From a virus: 46,691 bases of DNA. The first letter of the stretch is position 1, and the number at the start of each line of letters is the position of its first letter. Positions 23,209 through 31,834 of the stretch are shown here, in pieces. A program made the translations under genes and the position numbers. The stretch lies in IMG/VR virus record IMGVR_UViG_3300045988_173330. One strand, given 5' to 3'. The notes under the pieces are model-generated. The model searched no databases. It had not been told where the DNA came from and saw only the letters and a program-made list of their open reading frames with translations.

Positions 23209-23504
23209 GCAAGAAGATAGGATTCCGTTCTTATCAAAACGACGAAGAACCGGACAAACAAGACGAATTGGAGAAGCAACAAGCCGAGCGGCAGAAAGCC
23301 ATAGCAAACTTCATCGGCCAGAACTATTCACCCATCGGTACCACTTCACAGAAATGTTACAAGACCACCGCTGAACTGGTATATGAGCTGTCGAACATTG
23401 TCGATGTCGCTCCGATGGCGCTGGCCAAACAACTGGCTGATGCCGGGTACCATGTAGAATATTTGGCAGGACAACCCTACTGGGTGATGTACGAGAAGCC
23501 ATAA
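23205..23504 (+). CDS. Hypothetical small protein
   Basis: 99 aa; ATGA overlap coupling; followed by a terminator. Confidence 0.5.
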   Translation: MSKKIGFRSYQNDEEPDKQDELEKQQAERQKAIANFIGQNYSPIGTTSQKCYKTTAELVYELSNIVDVAPMALAKQLADAGYHVEYLAGQPYWVMYEKP

Positions 23505-23536
23505 AAATACTAACCGGAGATTTTTTTATTTTTGAA

Positions 23537-23567
23537 GTCCTTGCTCGTGAGAGTAAGGGCTTTTTTT
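23537..23567 (+). terminator. Intrinsic terminator
   Basis: CCTTGCTC / GAGTAAGG stem (one G-U pair), loop GTGA, then GC TTTTTTT. Confidence 0.7.
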
Positions 23568-23594
23568 GTCCTATGAGAGCGGATGGTTGGGCTC

Positions 23595-23602
23595 TATCTT
23601 TG
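23595..23602 (+). promoter_or_regulatory. -7 promoter box TATCTTTG
   Basis: Exact TAnnTTTG, 17 nt upstream of the ATG at 23619. Confidence 0.55.
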
Positions 23603-23618
23603 TGACAAAAAAAGAGAT

Positions 23619-24179
23619 ATGATACGTTTTTTCACAAGATTCGTCGCCACCTATGGGTATGATTCACCGAAGGAGTTCTTTCTTTCGGTGGCTCCGAGCT
23701 TCAAGTACAACCTGCAATTTCCGGCCATCTCCTTCAGCGCCGTCACTGCCGTAGTCAGCGAATGGATAGGCATTACACCGTTCCTGGCCATGGCCATGCT
23801 CGTCGCCATTGTCTCAGAGATGTGGACGGGCATCCGGGCAAGCAAGGTCCAGGGAATAGGATTTGAAAGCTTCCGTTTCTCACGCTGCATCATCAAGCTG
23901 TGTATCTGGCTGACCATCATCTATATCACCCACTCGTTCTATCTGGAGAGCAAGGCCGGAGCGGAAGAAAGCTTTGTCATGCTGCTGGCCACCCTGTTCT
24001 TTTCCATTGTCAAGGTGTTCGTCATGACCTGGTTCTGCGTCGAGCACGTGACAAGCATACTGGAGAACCTGGCAGTCATCGACGGCAAGCCGAAAGATGC
24101 GCTGATCAAGCAGGTGGGAATATTGTGGGTGACAGTCACGGATAAATTCAGAAGAAAGGCCGATGAGACGGAAGGTTAG
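23619..24179 (+). CDS. Holin (phage holin 4-type pattern)
   Basis: Start set at 23619, downstream of the promoter box. Several TM helices. VEHVTSILENLAVIDGKPKDALIKQV resembles the conserved E..SI.EN...G.P segment of that holin family. Confidence 0.65.
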   Translation: MIRFFTRFVATYGYDSPKEFFLSVAPSFKYNLQFPAISFSAVTAVVSEWIGITPFLAMAMLVAIVSEMWTGIRASKVQGIGFESFRFSRCIIKLCIWLTIIYITHSFYLESKAGAEESFVMLLATLFFSIVKVFVMTWFCVEHVTSILENLAVIDGKPKDALIKQVGILWVTVTDKFRRKADETEG

Positions 24180-24663
24180 CCATATGTTGCTTTGTGCGGT
24201 TATCGCATTTCTTTCCGGCTGGGCCGGCCACTGGCTGGGTTCCCGGAAACGGAGCATTGTCCATGTACCGGAAACGGTGGTCAGGCATGATACGATACGC
24301 TCTGCCATTCCGGAACCGGAGGTGATTGTCCGTGAGGTACCCACAGAAGTGGATACGGCGGCTATACTGGCCGACTATTTCTCGGAGAAGCATTATCTTG
24401 ATACAATTATTGAACGCCCTTACCTGAAAGTGGAGCTGACCGACGTCATATCCCGCAATTCATTGCTTGACCGCACGGTAGTGGTGGACTACCGGCAACC
24501 GGTCGTCTGCAACAATGCTCTTGCCTTAGGTCTGGAAATTGGACGTTCCTGGCAAGTCTTGTCGGCAGAATATCGCCATAAGCAATGGGAGTTCAGAGCA
24601 GGATATGACTTGTACAACAGGTCACTGGTGTTGGGCATTTCTAAAACCCTTTGGCAATGGTAG
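24163..24663 (+). CDS. Signal-anchored protein downstream of the holin (spanin-like by position)
   Basis: 166 aa with an N-terminal hydrophobic anchor LLCAVIAFLSGWAGHWL. An alternative in-frame ATG lies at 24184. Confidence 0.5.
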   Translation: MRRKVSHMLLCAVIAFLSGWAGHWLGSRKRSIVHVPETVVRHDTIRSAIPEPEVIVREVPTEVDTAAILADYFSEKHYLDTIIERPYLKVELTDVISRNSLLDRTVVVDYRQPVVCNNALALGLEIGRSWQVLSAEYRHKQWEFRAGYDLYNRSLVLGISKTLWQW

Positions 24664-25751
24664 TGGACGGCATACATGATGGAGTGGACTGCTTCATCTC
24701 GGAAATCGGGGAAATAAAAATCTCAGGAATCACAGATGAACAGTTGAATGTCCGTATTGAAACCGGAGGTACGGAGATTTTCAATGAGAGCTATTACGCT
24801 TTGAAAGGCAACGTGGTAATCCATGAGATAGGGGAAATGCTCCGCAGTCACTTCTCCCTGCATGACCCGAAAGGGATGTCAAACAATGTAGTCTCTTATT
24901 ATCAGGCTCCATTGTCCATAACCGCTGTGTTTTCAGGCAAGCAGGACACAGTCCGGAGGAGTTTCAATGCTTATTACAGCCGTTGTCGCACATCGGTATC
25001 CCCGTCAGACGTACTTTTTCTGACACACGAGAGCACAATCCGTACAGCCCATGATAGAATGGAATATCTAACCTTTACTGCCCATAAAGGCATGTCGGTG
25101 GACATGAGCATAGCCTACATGGATGCGGGAAAGGAAAAGTACAAGACAGTCAGTGAGCAAGTGGATGCCACTGCCGGTATGCTCGCTGTTTCTTTTTCAC
25201 TTGATAAGATTGTACGTCGGTCCGGTATTGCCGTATCATCCATCACATATTATGATGTCCTATTGAAAAAAGATGGCACTGTAAAGGATAAGGTGAGATT
25301 TGTCAATGATGACCGACAGTATAGGAATGTCACCAATTTCATTTACCGAAACGCATTCGGTATGCCGGAGACAATGGCATTCACCGGACTGGTGGAATAT
25401 TCCCCCGAACTTGAGGGTGATCCGGTAGAACTGTTACAGAGAACCGTCCGCACTTCATCCAAATACATTGACAGCCGTACGGTAAACAGCGGCTATCTGG
25501 ACACCAGACAATACGGAAAGGTACTGGATCTGATAACAACTGATTCTTTGCAGCTGTATAATACGGAAACATCGACGGAAGTGGTGACCACTGACATTGA
25601 TTTCTCTCACAAGCGTACCGGCAACGAGAAAATCAATGTCTCACTTACATTCCGTCAGGCATCACGCCTGCATCTGGCTTTCGAGCGTACCGGTGACAAT
25701 GGTATTTATGGGCGGATATTCGACAGAACATTTGACAATACATTTGAATGA
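24657..25751 (+). CDS. Hypothetical virion-module protein
   Basis: ATG at 24657 (the ORF track starts at a TTG at 24651). About 364 aa, no motif recognised. Confidence 0.6.
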   Translation: MVVDGIHDGVDCFISEIGEIKISGITDEQLNVRIETGGTEIFNESYYALKGNVVIHEIGEMLRSHFSLHDPKGMSNNVVSYYQAPLSITAVFSGKQDTVRRSFNAYYSRCRTSVSPSDVLFLTHESTIRTAHDRMEYLTFTAHKGMSVDMSIAYMDAGKEKYKTVSEQVDATAGMLAVSFSLDKIVRRSGIAVSSITYYDVLLKKDGTVKDKVRFVNDDRQYRNVTNFIYRNAFGMPETMAFTGLVEYSPELEGDPVELLQRTVRTSSKYIDSRTVNSGYLDTRQYGKVLDLITTDSLQLYNTETSTEVVTTDIDFSHKRTGNEKINVSLTFRQASRLHLAFERTGDNGIYGRIFDRTFDNTFE

Positions 25752-25760
25752 TATAACGAT

Positions 25761-26039
25761 ATGGAGACAATACGCAGAAACCTGGCTCTGGCCGACATGG
25801 ACATCCGCACGGACGAACGCGGACGCCGGCGCATCTTTTCGATAAAGTTCGTCAGCAAGGAAGGCAAGGTCTATTTCATGCCCCAGGCCTACGCCTGCGG
25901 TGCAGGACGCATGAACATGAAGGAATACCAGCTCCGGGGCGTGCAGCCCTGCGACTGCAAGGGAAATCCGGAAGGACACCCCTACCCTGTGGATATTGAC
26001 CTGATACTGGAGTATAACAAAAAGAAAATAATATTCTGA
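25761..26039 (+). CDS. Hypothetical small protein
   Basis: 92-aa ORF coupled (TGATG) to the next gene. Confidence 0.5.
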   Translation: METIRRNLALADMDIRTDERGRRRIFSIKFVSKEGKVYFMPQAYACGAGRMNMKEYQLRGVQPCDCKGNPEGHPYPVDIDLILEYNKKKIIF

Positions 26040-27394
26040 TGAACATATTGTTTAATTCAAGCGGCATTCCCCTGCTGATGCAGTCCACGTACATATTCGG
26101 CGAAACGACGGGGACACCCCAGAACGAAATGAAGGAGCGTACCCGAATCCTGGCGCCATATGACTTGTCGAATGTTTCCTATATAGACATCGACGGAGTG
26201 AAGGTGCGTCCATGGGGAGATGAGAATGATTTCCCCCAGAAGGCGGCTGAAGAGATAGGAAACACCAGCGTGCTCAATACGGGCCTGAAGTTTCTTCGTA
26301 ACCTGACACTTGGGCAAGGCATATATCCTTGTACGGTGAAAGGTTACGACAATGATGGCAACGAGATACTGAAGCCCGTTACCGATAGCCGAGTACAAGC
26401 TTTTATTGCTTCCCGGAATGTGAGGCGCTACATGGAGAAGGTGCTTCGGGATTACTTGAAATTCGGCAACGGTGCCGTCCAGTTTGTGCCGTCGGCTGCC
26501 GGCAATTCTTTTGCAGGGGTCAATCCGGTCAATGCGCTTTACCGCCGTTATTCCGAAGTGGACGAATACGGCGCCTGCAAGTGCATCATTTCCGGATATT
26601 GGCCGCAACGTCCGGACAAGGGACAATACACCAGGCTGGATGTGCTCTCCGAATACGACCCGCAGATGCACGCCGAGGTGTTGAAGTTTGCCGGAAAGGT
26701 GAGGGACGGTTTCATCATGCCGGTACGCGACAGCTGGAGCAACGACGACCTTTACGGCATGCCCATCTGGTGGCCCGCCTACGTTTGTGGATGGGTGGAG
26801 ATAGCCCATCTTATCCCCCATTTCCTCAAGAAAGCCTACAAGAACCAGATAACCTGGAAGTGGCATGTACAGATACCGTATTCCTACTGGGAGAAGAAAT
26901 ACCCGTCCAAGGACTATTCTGCCAAGGAGCGTGAGGCGGCCATACAGAAGTATATGGATTCTGTGGAGCAGAACCTTTGCGGACCGGACAATGCGGAGAA
27001 GCCCATCTTCTCTCATTATGCCGTGAACGAGATGAACGGCAGGATTGAGGAGGAGTGGAAAATCAAGCCGCTGGAGAACAAATACCAGGGTAGTGACAAT
27101 CTTCCGGTGTCGGCAGCCGCCAACTCGGAAATTCTGTTTGCATTGATGGTGAATCCGAATGTGCTCGGTGCAGGTATGCCCGGTGGCACCTATGCCGGCA
27201 ACCAGGGCGGTTCCAATATCCGTGAGGCTTTCCTTGTGAACATTGCCAACGCGTGGATTGACCGGCAGAATATCCTGGACCCTATAGAACTCTATATCAA
27301 AATGAACGGCATGCCGGAATGCGAGCTGCGTTTCCGCAATACCGTATTAGTAACCCTCGATACCGGCAGCGGTACCAAAAAAACATTGAGCTAA
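26039..27394 (+). CDS. Portal protein candidate
   Basis: 451-aa ORF. Size, plus a Gly-rich segment GAGMPGGTYAGNQGGSNIREAF reminiscent of portal tunnel regions. Call is by inference only. Confidence 0.4.
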   Translation: MNILFNSSGIPLLMQSTYIFGETTGTPQNEMKERTRILAPYDLSNVSYIDIDGVKVRPWGDENDFPQKAAEEIGNTSVLNTGLKFLRNLTLGQGIYPCTVKGYDNDGNEILKPVTDSRVQAFIASRNVRRYMEKVLRDYLKFGNGAVQFVPSAAGNSFAGVNPVNALYRRYSEVDEYGACKCIISGYWPQRPDKGQYTRLDVLSEYDPQMHAEVLKFAGKVRDGFIMPVRDSWSNDDLYGMPIWWPAYVCGWVEIAHLIPHFLKKAYKNQITWKWHVQIPYSYWEKKYPSKDYSAKEREAAIQKYMDSVEQNLCGPDNAEKPIFSHYAVNEMNGRIEEEWKIKPLENKYQGSDNLPVSAAANSEILFALMVNPNVLGAGMPGGTYAGNQGGSNIREAFLVNIANAWIDRQNILDPIELYIKMNGMPECELRFRNTVLVTLDTGSGTKKTLS

Positions 27395-28428
27395 TGATAT
27401 TCAGTGCAAAAAAATGGAACAACGGCAAGGAGCTGAAAGCGGTGATGAAGGTGAACACCGCCATCTCCTTTGACATGATGGAGGCACCGCTCCGGAATGC
27501 TTTCCGGCAATACCTCGTACCGTTATTGGGCGATGCGATGGTGGGAGAAGTGGTCGAGATATATGAATTCGGTCCAAATCCGGATGTATTGGAACAGAAT
27601 ACCGAAGGGGCAACCGAACGGGAGAAACTGGACAGCCGCCTGCTGGAGATCTGCAAACGCGCGAACGCGAACCTGGCGTTCTGGAACGATTTCGATGAAA
27701 TCAGCATGCGTATCACCGATGCGGGCTTCCAACGTCAGAAATCCGACAACGGCGAATCATTCCAGCAGGTGTACAAGTACCAGGAAGATAACCTGCGGGC
27801 ATCGTTACGCAACAAGGGGTTCAATGCGCTCGACGAGCTGCTTGAGTTTCTGTATGCCCATATAGCCGAATATCCGGAGTTCGCGTCCTCCCAGGCCTAT
27901 CAGGACCGTAAATCAGCCATTGTCCGCAGTACCGCGGATGTCAATGACGTCTGTTTTATCAATGGCAGCCGGATTGTTTTCCTCCGTCTGCAGCCGCACC
28001 TGAAGTTTGCCGAGGAGATGCTCCTTCAGCCGGCCATCGGTGACAAGCTGTATGAGCATCTGATTGACGGACTGGTAAATCCCCCAGAAGACGAAGAAGC
28101 CCGGAAGAGCATGGAGCGGTTGCGCCTTGCCTGCTCCCGCTACATTGTGGCAATGGCGGTCAGACGGCTGCTGATGGAGACGGGTAGCGTCACGGACCGG
28201 GGGCTGTACTTCACCGCTGTACAGCCGGGTGAGAAGGGCAATGAGGAGAAGAGACCCGTCGATACGGAGCGCATAGCCGTACAGATCCAGAATCTGAAAA
28301 CGGATGCGGACATGTACATGACCGTGCTGCTGCGTACGGTACGGAGCTGTTTTGAGAATTTCTATGAGGGTGATCCCAGGCAGATATACGACCGGGACAA
28401 TGACCATAAACGCACATTCTGGACATGA
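27394..28428 (+). CDS. Hypothetical virion-module protein
   Basis: Start at 27394 (TAATG overlap with the upstream stop) rather than 27319. 344 aa. Confidence 0.6.
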   Translation: MIFSAKKWNNGKELKAVMKVNTAISFDMMEAPLRNAFRQYLVPLLGDAMVGEVVEIYEFGPNPDVLEQNTEGATEREKLDSRLLEICKRANANLAFWNDFDEISMRITDAGFQRQKSDNGESFQQVYKYQEDNLRASLRNKGFNALDELLEFLYAHIAEYPEFASSQAYQDRKSAIVRSTADVNDVCFINGSRIVFLRLQPHLKFAEEMLLQPAIGDKLYEHLIDGLVNPPEDEEARKSMERLRLACSRYIVAMAVRRLLMETGSVTDRGLYFTAVQPGEKGNEEKRPVDTERIAVQIQNLKTDADMYMTVLLRTVRSCFENFYEGDPRQIYDRDNDHKRTFWT

Positions 28429-29213
28429 GGGAGCTTCGCATTGCATACCGTAGATTCGGAATCCGCCATGAGATAATCCGCCGGGTACCTCAGAAATGGG
28501 AGGAGCTGACACCGGCACAGTTCCTGCTCGTGTCGCGGCTTTATCTTCAGGAAATAGACGAACCATCCTTCCTGAAGGAGTTCTATTCCCTGCCGTACGG
28601 GGTCGGTTCCGACACCTATTACAGTTATAAGCTGAGCGAACTGGTGGAGTTCATCAGCGACTGCCGTGTCCGGATGGACCGCTTTATCCTTCCTGCCGTC
28701 TCCGGGCTGAAAGCGCCGGGTGACCGCCTGAAGGGGATGTGTTTCGAACACTTCATGCACGTGGACACTGCTTTCAACCGATATGTCCGTGACGGCAAGG
28801 ATGCCTCACTGGACACTTTCGTAGCAATGCTCTATTTGAAGGACAACGAATATATTGTCCTACCATCAGGTGGGAAAAACGGCTTATTTAGCAGGCAGAA
28901 ACCGCTGATACTGCAAAAACGGATAATGAAGGTGACAAAGATTGACAGGCACGTCAAGTATGCCATATTCCTGAACTACGTTTTTGTCAAGAGGTGGCTT
29001 TCAAAGGCTTTTCCTTTCCTCTTTCCGTTGGATGATGAACCGGAGGAAAAGCGGAATAGTCCCGCCGCACCGTCAGTCAACTGGCTCGACATCTTCGACG
29101 CCTTTGTCGGTGACGATGTGGCGGTGATGGAGAAATACCAGGCGATGCCGGTGGCAACGGCATTCCGCCTGCTCAACAAAAGGATACGTGACGCCCAAAA
29201 ACAGAAGAAATGA
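28425..29213 (+). CDS. Hypothetical virion-module protein
   Basis: 262 aa; ATGA overlap coupling. Confidence 0.6.
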   Translation: MRELRIAYRRFGIRHEIIRRVPQKWEELTPAQFLLVSRLYLQEIDEPSFLKEFYSLPYGVGSDTYYSYKLSELVEFISDCRVRMDRFILPAVSGLKAPGDRLKGMCFEHFMHVDTAFNRYVRDGKDASLDTFVAMLYLKDNEYIVLPSGGKNGLFSRQKPLILQKRIMKVTKIDRHVKYAIFLNYVFVKRWLSKAFPFLFPLDDEPEEKRNSPAAPSVNWLDIFDAFVGDDVAVMEKYQAMPVATAFRLLNKRIRDAQKQKK

Positions 29214-29686
29214 CTTTTTCGGAATACATAGAGAATCTGGCTGAAAGGCATGTCGATATACGACACAAGGAGAATGATGAAGTACACTTCCTCTCATCAG
29301 AACGAGAGAAGCATACGGCACTGGACAGCGTGCTCCACTATCCGGCAGTGATTGTGGACCGTGGCTCAGGATTCGGTTACGGCGGTAATCCGGGTGCATA
29401 CCGAAAAGACCGCGATTACCTGCTCTTCATTGTGGAGCATGTGTCCGACACCTCCGACTATGAGCAGATAGAGGCTGCCCTTGACAAGTGCGAGCGCATT
29501 CTTGATGAGCTGCTCAACCAAATTTTGGAAGACAAAAGGAAGAAAAGGCTGTGGCTCGCTTTTTCCTTGGAGGATGTGGAAGCGGATTATGTGGTAAACA
29601 ATGATAACCAGCTTTATGGCGTGGTTGCGGCAATACATCTGTCCGAACTTTACAAGGTTTTGAATTGCCGCAATGCATTTTTATGA
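29210..29686 (+). CDS. Hypothetical virion-module protein
   Basis: 158 aa; ATGA overlap coupling. Confidence 0.6.
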   Translation: MTFSEYIENLAERHVDIRHKENDEVHFLSSEREKHTALDSVLHYPAVIVDRGSGFGYGGNPGAYRKDRDYLLFIVEHVSDTSDYEQIEAALDKCERILDELLNQILEDKRKKRLWLAFSLEDVEADYVVNNDNQLYGVVAAIHLSELYKVLNCRNAFL

Positions 29687-29692
29687 TACAGT

Positions 29693-31834
29693 ATGTCTGA
29701 TACACTTACAACATTGAAGGAGCTGGCGGCACAAGTGCGTGGTGCCACCCGAAAAGGTGAGAATACGGCTGAACGTGTCGGGCGTCTCTTTGTGGGCATC
29801 CTTGCCCTCATGGAAGAATCCGAAATTTCATTCGAGCCTTCCGAGGGATACGATACGCTTGGGACATTGAAGGAACTGGCGGCACAGGTACGCAGTGCTA
29901 CCGAGGACAGTGAGAATACCGCCGAACGTGTCGGACGTGTTTTTGCCGGCATCCTGGATCTGCTGGAGCAGTCCGGTATCGAGTTCGATACTGCCGAAGG
30001 AGATGATTCCATAGAGATTCTGCAGTCCCTTTCCGACCAGGTACGTGGTGCCACCCGAAAAGGTGAGAATACGTCCGAACGTGTGGGGCGTCTCTTTGCG
30101 GGTATCTTGAATCTTTGGGCAATGAGAGCGGAGGACTGGAACAAGGTCATACCGCCCGTCTATGTCCGCAGCGACAACGGACGGCAATATCTCGGCATCT
30201 ACAACGCGACCAAATCGGTCATGGAGGACTATCCCGACGGTCTGACGCAGGATGTGACGATAACATGCACCCAGACCAACATAGACTACAAGGGCAACAG
30301 ATACCAGGATGAGGACAGCATGTGGAGCGTGGAGATGAAAGGCTGGAACCAGGATACCGCACATATACTTACCATTGACGGGGCCGGCAAATGCACACTC
30401 GACGGCCGCGGTTTCGGTGGCATACATATCGAGGATTGCAGTAACATCATCATCCGGGACATCACCTTCCTGAACTTCAATACCTACGAGGGTGTTTATG
30501 CACCGGAGGAGCCCGCCTGCATCTATGCCACAAACATCTCCAAACGCAAGCCTTGCCGCAACCTGTACTTTGAGAACCTGACCGTCAAAGGGCAGAGCAC
30601 CAAGAGTCCGAACTCCAATTACCGCACCCGCTACGGCATTACGGTCAAAGGATACGAGAATGTGTGTCTCCATAATATCCGTATGTCGCAGGTCGTTGTC
30701 CAGCCGATTTCCATTACAGACGCGAATACCGTCTATATATCAAAGATAAGATTCTCCGAATCAGTGATGCAGGCCGAAGTGGTCGGGCACCCGTCAATCA
30801 TGAGCCTTTCGGCAACGGATGTCTATATCATGGATTGTGACATAGACGGCAGCCATTACAATGAGGTAGCCATTTCCGTAGGCAAGGTCAAACAACTGTT
30901 CTTAGAGCGTAACCATATCTACAAGACCTGCGGACCGGTCATCGGAATAAGCAATGAACTCGGCGCGGACAAGATATTCATATCCGGCAATTACATGCAT
31001 GATAACATGGAGCTTCCGAAATACCAATGGGACTGCACGTGGTTCACGTTCCCCGGCATGTCCAAGGAAATAATAATCGCGAACAATACCTTCGTGTTCA
31101 GCAGCGGCTATTTCCAGGAGTTTTTCGCGCGTTCGAGCACTTCCGCTATCGAAAGGCTGGTCAATGTGAACAATATATTTGTCCGGCACAATGAGCAGAA
31201 TCATGGCATCTTCATCCTTTCGAGCGTCCATAGCCTCATAAGTGGCAGTAATATTTATAATAAGGAGACCGTATTGTACTCCATGGCCGACAATACTTCA
31301 CCGGTGTATTTTGCCGGAAACAACCAGGGAAACCTTGCGTACATACAAGCACAGGGATATGAGGCTGGCACGGCACAGATTACCGACGGGAGCGCCATCC
31401 TGATGGATGACCGCCCGTGTCTGACAGCGGAACTGGCAGCCATTCACAAGAGCGTCGCGGAATATGTACGTGAATTCGATTACAAGTACCAGACGAATGA
31501 CCGGGACAATACCAGCATCGGCTGTGACAACTACTACAGCGTCGAGTTTGACGAGACAGCCGACACCACCGATGGCTACGACGGTATAAACCGTTACAGC
31601 AATGAAGTCTTCAGCAGCGCTGCCCAATACAGTATGCCGTCAGACCAGACCCTGGTGTTGCTTGCACGGTCCAAGAACCGGGACAGGATGGTTGTGTTCA
31701 ACATAACCAAATCGGACGATGTCGGTAACCGGATTGTATCTGTCGGCCGCCTGGCATCGTTCTCCATCCGTCCGAAGCTTGACGGGAACGGAGAATATAC
31801 AGCAGACCAGTTATATGATGTAACCATTGAATAA
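29693..31834 (+). CDS. Tail fibre/spike with N-terminal 54-aa tandem repeats and a right-handed beta-helix (depolymerase-like) body
   Basis: 713 aa. Repeats TLKELAAQVRGATRKGENTAERVGRLFxGIL x3. PbH1-like rungs: IIIRDITFLNF, LYFENLTVKG, VCLHNIRMSQ, VYIMDCDIDG, IFISGNYMHDN, IIIANNTFVF. Confidence 0.75.
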   Translation: MSDTLTTLKELAAQVRGATRKGENTAERVGRLFVGILALMEESEISFEPSEGYDTLGTLKELAAQVRSATEDSENTAERVGRVFAGILDLLEQSGIEFDTAEGDDSIEILQSLSDQVRGATRKGENTSERVGRLFAGILNLWAMRAEDWNKVIPPVYVRSDNGRQYLGIYNATKSVMEDYPDGLTQDVTITCTQTNIDYKGNRYQDEDSMWSVEMKGWNQDTAHILTIDGAGKCTLDGRGFGGIHIEDCSNIIIRDITFLNFNTYEGVYAPEEPACIYATNISKRKPCRNLYFENLTVKGQSTKSPNSNYRTRYGITVKGYENVCLHNIRMSQVVVQPISITDANTVYISKIRFSESVMQAEVVGHPSIMSLSATDVYIMDCDIDGSHYNEVAISVGKVKQLFLERNHIYKTCGPVIGISNELGADKIFISGNYMHDNMELPKYQWDCTWFTFPGMSKEIIIANNTFVFSSGYFQEFFARSSTSAIERLVNVNNIFVRHNEQNHGIFILSSVHSLISGSNIYNKETVLYSMADNTSPVYFAGNNQGNLAYIQAQGYEAGTAQITDGSAILMDDRPCLTAELAAIHKSVAEYVREFDYKYQTNDRDNTSIGCDNYYSVEFDETADTTDGYDGINRYSNEVFSSAAQYSMPSDQTLVLLARSKNRDRMVVFNITKSDDVGNRIVSVGRLASFSIRPKLDGNGEYTADQLYDVTIE
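29702..30128 (+). repeat. In-frame tandem repeat, period 162 nt, about 2.6 copies
   Basis: Units start near 29702, 29855 and 30017. Units 1 and 3 share an identical 30-nt core, cgtggtgccacccgaaaaggtgagaatacg. Confidence 0.85.
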
